Positions 58,000 through 64,000 of a stretch of DNA of 64,000 nucleotides are shown piece after piece. The translations under genes were made by a program, and so were the position numbers. The DNA is from an uncultured Clostridia bacterium. GTDB taxonomy: Bacteria; Bacillota; Clostridia; Christensenellales; UBA1242. The DNA lies in contig CALVZQ010000003.1 in the NCBI GenBank assembly GCA_944372585.1, positions 26,754-90,753 of the forward strand, in the 5' to 3' direction. The notes beneath the pieces were generated by a model. That model saw only the letters and a list, made by a program, of their open reading frames with translations, did not search any database and was not told the DNA's origin. The number at the start of each line of letters is the position of its first letter. Within the stretch, counting starts at the first letter, position 1.

Positions 58000-58512
58000 C
58001 TAAAGCAAAATAACCACCCAAAACAACCCCGCAACAATACCAAGTTTCAAAGACAACGAGCCATATTTCTTTTGTTCGGTGTCGCACTGAGTTTTCATTT
58101 CATTAAATCGAGAAATAAAGTTTTGAATTTCTTTTGTTTGATTTTCAACATCGCTTCTGCCCAACGTTTTCAAAAATAACAAAATGAAATCTTTCTCATC
58201 ATTCTTTAAAACATCGGCTTTTTTGAAAATGTTTTCAGATGTGAGTTCAATTTTTTTGTCCAAATACTCCACAAATTTTTCATCAATTCCAAGAAGGTTT
58301 TTCTTGTTTGCAGAGTCAAAATTCTCAAGCAACACCTTTAAACGCTCTCTTGAAAAATTGATTTCAAGTGACAACTTGTCAGCAAAAATAATCAAAGAGT
58401 TGAAGAACTTTTTTCTTTTTTTATATTTGACTGAAAAAATGTATCCTACAAGTGCACACAAGCAAAAAATAAAAACAATCAAGACATATTTCATAACCCC
58501 TCCAAAAATCAT
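58000..58512 (-). CDS. spoIIIAB: stage III sporulation protein AB
   Basis: N- and C-terminal TM helices around a helical soluble domain; ATGA overlap with the spoIIIAA stop. Confidence 0.75.
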   Translation of the reverse strand: MIFGGVMKYVLIVFIFCLCALVGYIFSVKYKKRKKFFNSLIIFADKLSLEINFSRERLKVLLENFDSANKKNLLGIDEKFVEYLDKKIELTSENIFKKADVLKNDEKDFILLFLKTLGRSDVENQTKEIQNFISRFNEMKTQCDTEQKKYGSLSLKLGIVAGLFWVVILL

Positions 58513-59414
58513 TTGAAATTGCTGAAAACTCTTGAGAAGTTCTCATCATAAATTCCTTCGAACGTCCCGGGACCATTTCGCTTTGAAAGAAGAACATATC
58601 TTTTGAAAACCTTCTCTTTGATTAATGTTTGAAAAAGTGCTTTTTTGCAAAAAGTTTCCATGTTGTCAGCGTGCGTTGATGCCAAAACTTTAACCCCACA
58701 AGAACTTGCATATCTGATTGCTTCAATGTCTTCTTCCTGCCCGATTTCGTCTGTCACAATAATATCTGGTGACAGCGACCTAATGCCATTTTCAAACCCA
58801 ACCTTTTTTGTTGCAAATGCAATCTTATCAGTGAACTTTGAGTTTATTCCGCAGTCAAGTTCCCCTCTCTCGTCCAAAAGAAGAATGTTGTATGGAAGAT
58901 TACGTTCGCTGAGTTGGTAGACAAAATCACGCAAAAATGTCGTCTTTCCGCAAGCCGGCGGAGAAATGACCAGAGTGTTTGCCACTCCATTTTCAGAAAC
59001 CATAAATGGATAGGCTGTCAAACTGCAATTTTTCACGACGTGTGGAACTCTGATGTTGCAACTGCAAAAATTTGTCATTGTTTTTATGTGTCCGTTCTCT
59101 TCAATCAAATTTCCACCAATACCAATTCTGACAGCATCATCTGTGACAATAAACCCCTTTTTTATCTGTTCATTGACGGAGTAGATGGAACATTCGCTTG
59201 CCCTGAAAATGACATCTTCAATCATAATCTTGCTGGCATAAAGACTGTTGTTCACATTGCCAGTCACACCATTGTCGGACAAGAAATACATCTTTCCGCT
59301 GACATTGATCACAACCGGCTTGTCTGCACGAAGTCTGATTTCGTTAACCGCTTTTAAATTCACTTTTTCGGACAAGATTTTGTAGAACTTATCAGGCAAG
59401 ATTTTCTCTAACAT
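58509..59414 (-). CDS. spoIIIAA: stage III sporulation protein AA (secretion-ATPase-like)
   Basis: VNEIRLRADKPV, Walker A SPPACGKTTFLRD and Walker B IIVTDEIG. First gene of the operon. Confidence 0.88.
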   Translation of the reverse strand: MLEKILPDKFYKILSEKVNLKAVNEIRLRADKPVVINVSGKMYFLSDNGVTGNVNNSLYASKIMIEDVIFRASECSIYSVNEQIKKGFIVTDDAVRIGIGGNLIEENGHIKTMTNFCSCNIRVPHVVKNCSLTAYPFMVSENGVANTLVISPPACGKTTFLRDFVYQLSERNLPYNILLLDERGELDCGINSKFTDKIAFATKKVGFENGIRSLSPDIIVTDEIGQEEDIEAIRYASSCGVKVLASTHADNMETFCKKALFQTLIKEKVFKRYVLLSKRNGPGTFEGIYDENFSRVFSNFK

Positions 59415-59432
59415 ACTCCACCTCTTTAGAGC

Positions 59433-59440
59433 ATTGTATG
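59433..59440 (-). promoter_or_regulatory. SigE-type -10 element upstream of spoIIIAA
   Basis: The minus strand reads CATACAAT, equal to the B. subtilis SigE -10 consensus CATACAnT, 18 nt before the ATG. I could not identify a convincing -35. Confidence 0.35.
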
Positions 59441-59573
59441 AAAACCCCTGCTTCGTTTTTGTGAAGAAATTTGAATGGTTTTATTTCATTTTGTCGAAAA
59501 TTTAAAAACATGAATTAAACAGGATAAGCAACTCAAACAAAACAAAAGAACATCAAGTTTTTCGTTTCTACAC

Positions 59574-59602
59574 TTGACATAACTTTGAAAAATGCATATA
59601 AT
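59574..59602 (+). promoter_or_regulatory. consensus sigma-A promoter of the SRP RNA gene
   Basis: TTGACA (59574-59579), 17-nt spacer, TATAAT (59597-59602). Confidence 0.7.
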
Positions 59603-59609
59603 AATAAAA

Positions 59610-59876
59610 CTAGGCTAGATGGGGAGTTAGCGGTGCCCTGTAACCTGCAATCCGCTACAGCAGGATTGAACGCTTGCCTAGGTGCAATTTGGTTGAATAT
59701 GTGCGTAGTTTTTTGATGGTGAAATTAAGGTCTTATGCAATTGACTCCTTCGAACCATGTCAGGTCCTGACGGAAGCATCATTAAGAAGATAAGTTGATG
59801 TGCCATGAGGAAACTTTGGTGGAGTTGAAAAACTGCGAGGCAGTCAGTCAGATTGTAACGAAGCATTCGCCTAGTA
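59610..59876 (+). ncRNA. ffs: signal recognition particle RNA, large Bacillus-type (with Alu domain)
   Basis: Alu-domain sequence GGTGCCCTGTAACCTGCAATCCGC and helix 8 core CCATGTCAGGTCCTGACGGAAGCATCATTAAG. The 5' TAGGC pairs with the 3' GCCTA. Length is about 267 nt, and ends are approximate. Confidence 0.85.
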
Positions 59877-59877
59877 T

Positions 59878-59910
59878 GAAAAAAGCAAGGTCAATGTCCT
59901 TGCTTTTTTG
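59878..59910. terminator. bidirectional intrinsic terminator (SRP RNA + / HAD gene -)
   Basis: AAGCAAGG-TCAATGT-CCTTGCTT flanked by an A-run and a T-run. Confidence 0.7.
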
Positions 59911-59931
59911 TTTTTTGAAACAAATTTAGTT

Positions 59932-60543
59932 CTATGATTTTGTTTTCTCTCTTGCTTTCGCCCTTGAAAAACTTAGGATTTCATCAATGCAATCAATCCT
60001 TCTAATGCCATCTTCAACAGGCAAATCTTTGTTGAAATTGGACGTTGAAAGGAAAGCTTTCCCGCGACCATTTTGTCTGAAATATTCTGCAACTCTTGAA
60101 ACAATATTTAAATCATCATCAACAAAGAAATCAGCATTTTCCTCTTCGCAGATTTTTTCTTTGTCAATTCTTCCGATATAAACCTTGTCATAAGGAAGAT
60201 GATTGTTTTTCAGCCATTGCAAAGTAATTTGTTCTGGTTTTGTGTGCCAATCTGTTGCCCTTGCAGTTGCAATGACAATTTTGTGTCCCTGTTTATGTAA
60301 TTTGTTCAGCACTTCCGTCACATTTGGTTTGGTTGGAAAATGCAACATCATTTCGTCACCAAATTCCTTGTACCATTTGTTTGCAGTTTCAAAATCCCAG
60401 TCGAACTTTGCCTCTGCAAATCTGACATCTTTTACAATTTGTTTATATGGTAAATTATGTGTTATGAAAAAGTTTGAGATATATTCTTCACTATACCCAT
60501 CTGTATCACAAAGTGTATCATCTAAATCAAACACAAAAACCAT
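59932..60543 (-). CDS. HAD-superfamily hydrolase, 5'(3')-nucleotidase-like
   Basis: FVFDLDDTLCDT (DxDxT motif I), IATAR and FVDDD motifs; 203 aa. Confidence 0.7.
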   Translation of the reverse strand: MVFVFDLDDTLCDTDGYSEEYISNFFITHNLPYKQIVKDVRFAEAKFDWDFETANKWYKEFGDEMMLHFPTKPNVTEVLNKLHKQGHKIVIATARATDWHTKPEQITLQWLKNNHLPYDKVYIGRIDKEKICEEENADFFVDDDLNIVSRVAEYFRQNGRGKAFLSTSNFNKDLPVEDGIRRIDCIDEILSFSRAKAREKTKS

Positions 60544-60569
60544 AGAACATCTCCTCTAAATTTCGGTAT

Positions 60570-60598
60570 AGAATAAACAATTTAGAAAACTTTGTCAA
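60570..60598 (-). promoter_or_regulatory. sigma-A type promoter of the HAD gene
   Basis: On the minus strand: TTGACA (60598-60593), 17-nt spacer, TATTCT (60575-60570). Confidence 0.5.
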
Positions 60599-60603
60599 GA
60601 CCT

Positions 60604-60639
60604 TAAAAAAACAGAGCCATATTCAGCTCTGTTTTTTTA
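60604..60639. terminator. bidirectional hairpin terminator after the YtxH-like gene
   Basis: ACAGAGC-CATATTC..GCTCTGT flanked by A7 and T7. Confidence 0.65.
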
Positions 60640-60834
60640 TTTATTACTTGATTTTTCTTGTTGCTTATTCTCTTTTTGTGGTTTTTTGACTGCTTCTTTC
60701 AAGTTTTCAACTTCTTTTTTTACGGCTTTTTCACCCTTGTTGACAAGTTTTTTTGCATCTTCACAATGTTTGTAAAGAAGTGCCCCTGTCACGAGTCCCG
60801 CGCCAAAACCAACAACCATCCAAATTTCTTTCAT
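60637..60834 (-). CDS. YtxH-like small protein (N-terminal TM plus Lys/Glu helix)
   Basis: 65 aa, WMVVGFGAGLVTGALL followed by a charged helix. RBS is AGGAGGAG. Confidence 0.6.
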   Translation of the reverse strand: MKEIWMVVGFGAGLVTGALLYKHCEDAKKLVNKGEKAVKKEVENLKEAVKKPQKENKQQEKSSNK

Positions 60835-60890
60835 TTGCTCCTCCTATATGTAGGATTTGCAAAATGTCGAAAAATATACAACATTGCCGA

Positions 60891-61832
60891 TCAATACTTA
60901 AAATCATCAAGCATTTTGATTATCTTGCTAAAGTCAAGTTGAGAATTGTTTTTTGTGATAAGTTCGTCTTGAAAGATTGTCTTACTCCCGTCACAAATTG
61001 AAAGAAAAGATTGAGGATTTGCAAGACGAATGAAATTTGCAACATTGACAAAAGTCCTATAAACATCATCACCAAACAAAAGATTTGGACAGTCAAACAA
61101 CAAACTTTCCACCAAAATCTGATTTGGAATTTTGTTATATTTTTTTGAATAAAGAATGTTTATCAATTTGATCATGTCGACATAGACAAGCCCACAAGTT
61201 TTGACTTTGTAAGCGATATTAGAAAATCTGTTGCCAAAGTCAACAACGAAATATTTATTTTTTTGCTGGTTATAGATTTTGTAAAGGTTTTTGTGAGAAT
61301 CATAGCAACAGACAATAATATTGATTCTGACGTTTGTTCCAAAATCATCAATTCCAACAATTGAAAGATGAGAATTATATTCATAAACAACTGATGTTTG
61401 TCTCAAATAATCTGCCAAAGTCTTGACAATATCATGTTTAAAATCAATCAGATTATATTTGTCAACAGCGGCAACGGAAACACTTTTTTTCTCTTTTTTA
61501 TATTTCTTTTTGCCCAATCGCCAAGAAGCTTTGAATTCTCTCCAAAAATTCTTCCAAAAATTGCTCTTTTTCTTGGAATTAAATTCAATCTGAGGATTTT
61601 CAACACCAAGAAAATATGTTAATTCTGACAATTGCGAAACTGCACCTGTGTAAAGTTCGTTAACAGGGAAAAACACACACTTGTCAGGTTTGATAAAAGG
61701 CGATTTTAAAGATATGTCACTGATTGTGCAAGAAATCAAATCATACATTTTGTCGTTGACATTATCCAAAAATTCTGGATTGTTACTTTCATTAAGTTCC
61801 TCAATCAAATCTCTGTTTAATTGATTTTTCAT
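60891..61832 (-). CDS. hypothetical protein; weak resemblance to the helical C-terminal part of Pol-beta-type nucleotidyltransferases
   Basis: 313-aa ORF with RBS AAAGGAAG. The segment MIKLINILYSKKYNKIPNQILVESLLFDCPNLLF resembles the K..K.W....IPS..LE.L pattern, but no clean GS...DxD motif is seen. Confidence 0.55.
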   Translation of the reverse strand: MKNQLNRDLIEELNESNNPEFLDNVNDKMYDLISCTISDISLKSPFIKPDKCVFFPVNELYTGAVSQLSELTYFLGVENPQIEFNSKKKSNFWKNFWREFKASWRLGKKKYKKEKKSVSVAAVDKYNLIDFKHDIVKTLADYLRQTSVVYEYNSHLSIVGIDDFGTNVRINIIVCCYDSHKNLYKIYNQQKNKYFVVDFGNRFSNIAYKVKTCGLVYVDMIKLINILYSKKYNKIPNQILVESLLFDCPNLLFGDDVYRTFVNVANFIRLANPQSFLSICDGSKTIFQDELITKNNSQLDFSKIIKMLDDFKY

Positions 61833-61883
61833 AACTTCTTCCTTTCATCTTTTTGTTTCATATTGCCATTTGGCATCATCTAT

Positions 61884-62894
<1,011 letters not shown>

Positions 62895-62931
62895 TCACAC
62901 TCTCCTTTTTTTGTTGGTTAAAAACCGATTT

Positions 62932-63696
62932 TTATATCTCTTCCGCACGACCATAGCGAAGTTTCCCAACCGCCACAGTTCGTGTGAAGTTGATAATCGA
63001 AATAAACATCAAAACCAGTGCAATGATGAGCCATGCAACAACCAAAATTACAATCAGCACTTCCAATGGTGTAAAAACACAAATGCAAATTCCTCCGGCA
63101 AGACTCCCAAGAAAGAACAAAACGCCCAAAAAAAGATTGAATATGTTTTTCGGTCTGCTGTAGTCTCTTCCAACTGGTTTTTCCAAAGTTGTCACTTCTT
63201 CAAATTCCACACCCACATATTTGTTGATTCGAGATGCCATGGAAAGATTTGAACAAACACTCAAAAGGTCAAACATGGTCTCACCATAGCAAATTGCAGA
63301 GATGTCTTCAAAGTAACTAAAGCCAAAGAACTTCATAACAACATTGCTCATAAAGTTTTTGATTGCTCTTGAAAATTTGTTTCTGTTGGACTTCAAAGTC
63401 ACAATATCCTTTGTTGACTTTGTTAAAGACAATAATTCTTCATCATTCAAAGGTCGTCTAACAATCAAAATTTTTCCCCTTTGCAAATTGCATGAATGAA
63501 GAGAATTGATGATTTCTTCTTTCCCAGATTTGGAACTAAAAACATGCACTTCAACATTCTTTGATTTAACACCAAACTTGTCAGCCAAATTCTCTTTTAT
63601 TCCAACAAAAACTTTTGAATCTTTTGAATTAACTTTTTTTATAAATTCCTCAAATTTGTCGACATTCTCAACAATGGGAACAATAATATTTATCAT
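62932..63696 (-). CDS. membrane-anchored protein with a GT-A-like N-terminal domain (putative glycosyltransferase-like)
   Basis: The MINIIVPIVEN start resembles GT2 N-termini, and two C-terminal TM helices are present. No clear DxD motif, so the assignment is weak. Confidence 0.4.
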   Translation of the reverse strand: MINIIVPIVENVDKFEEFIKKVNSKDSKVFVGIKENLADKFGVKSKNVEVHVFSSKSGKEEIINSLHSCNLQRGKILIVRRPLNDEELLSLTKSTKDIVTLKSNRNKFSRAIKNFMSNVVMKFFGFSYFEDISAICYGETMFDLLSVCSNLSMASRINKYVGVEFEEVTTLEKPVGRDYSRPKNIFNLFLGVLFFLGSLAGGICICVFTPLEVLIVILVVAWLIIALVLMFISIINFTRTVAVGKLRYGRAEEI

Positions 63697-64000
63697 TTGT
63701 CCTCCTTGATTTGTCCTGAGATTTTTTTTAATCTTCTGGCATGACGACCACCTTCAAAACTTGTTGTCAAAAAAACTTTGACTATGTTGATTGCTTTTCT
63801 TTTTTTCAAAAAGTTTCCAGGCAAACACAAAACATTTGCATCATTATCTTTTCTTGCAAGTGATGCCATGGTTGTGTTCAAACAAAGTGCAGCACGAATT
63901 TTTGGATTACGGTTTGCCGCAATGCTCATGCCAATTCCTGAGCCACAAATGAAGATGCCGACATTATTCTTGTTCTCCAAAATTTTTTCAATTCCAAGTT
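63693..64000 (-). CDS. rpiB: ribose-5-phosphate isomerase B (RpiB/LacA/LacB family), 5' end beyond the window
   Basis: GIFICGSGIGMSIAANRNPKIRAALC and GGRHARRL. The frame stays open upstream of the track start to the window edge. Confidence 0.85.
   Translation of the reverse strand, partial: LGIEKILENKNNVGIFICGSGIGMSIAANRNPKIRAALCLNTTMASLARKDNDANVLCLPGNFLKKRKAINIVKVFLTTSFEGGRHARRLKKISGQIKEDK

Noticed and set aside
59678-59866. 62-aa minus-strand ORF
   Set aside because: It lies wholly inside the SRP RNA gene.

Overview
Core chromosomal segment of a low-GC, endospore-forming Firmicute (Clostridia-like). It carries about 71 CDS, one SRP RNA, a Phe T-box leader and an L20-type leader. I saw no CRISPR array, IS element, prophage or recognisable defence system. 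Genes called include polA, ruvX, pheST, a desulfurase-thiI pair, argR-recN, spoIVB, a long Xer-like tyrosine recombinase, tig-clpP-clpX, rny, comM-dprA-topA-trmFO-hslVU, tcdA-trxA-nifS-iscU, tgt, queA-ruvBAC, yebC, infC-rpmI-rplT, proS, xseAB, nusB, asp23, a complete spoIIIAA-AH operon, gapA and rpiB. Four things stand out. (1) Coding strand switches convergently at about 37.8 kb (31/34 CDS on + before it, 37/37 on - after it), and the gene-free gap holds a dif-like 28-mer, so this may be the replication terminus. (2) A short motif family (GGTATTATGCA / TGCATAATACC and variants) recurs almost only in intergenic DNA, often as inverted pairs, and resembles the XerD-arm half of dif. (3) A PadR-type HTH is fused to a long acidic linker and a 4-TM anchor, and sits divergent from a DUF45 HExxH peptidase. 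(4) Three genes have a -10 box exactly 6 nt before the ATG and no SD, suggesting leaderless mRNAs. Other points: an unannotated 46-aa ORF, and a divergent TrmFO with no cysteine at the nucleophile position. All calls come from reading the sequence and the ORF track by eye, and no searches were run.
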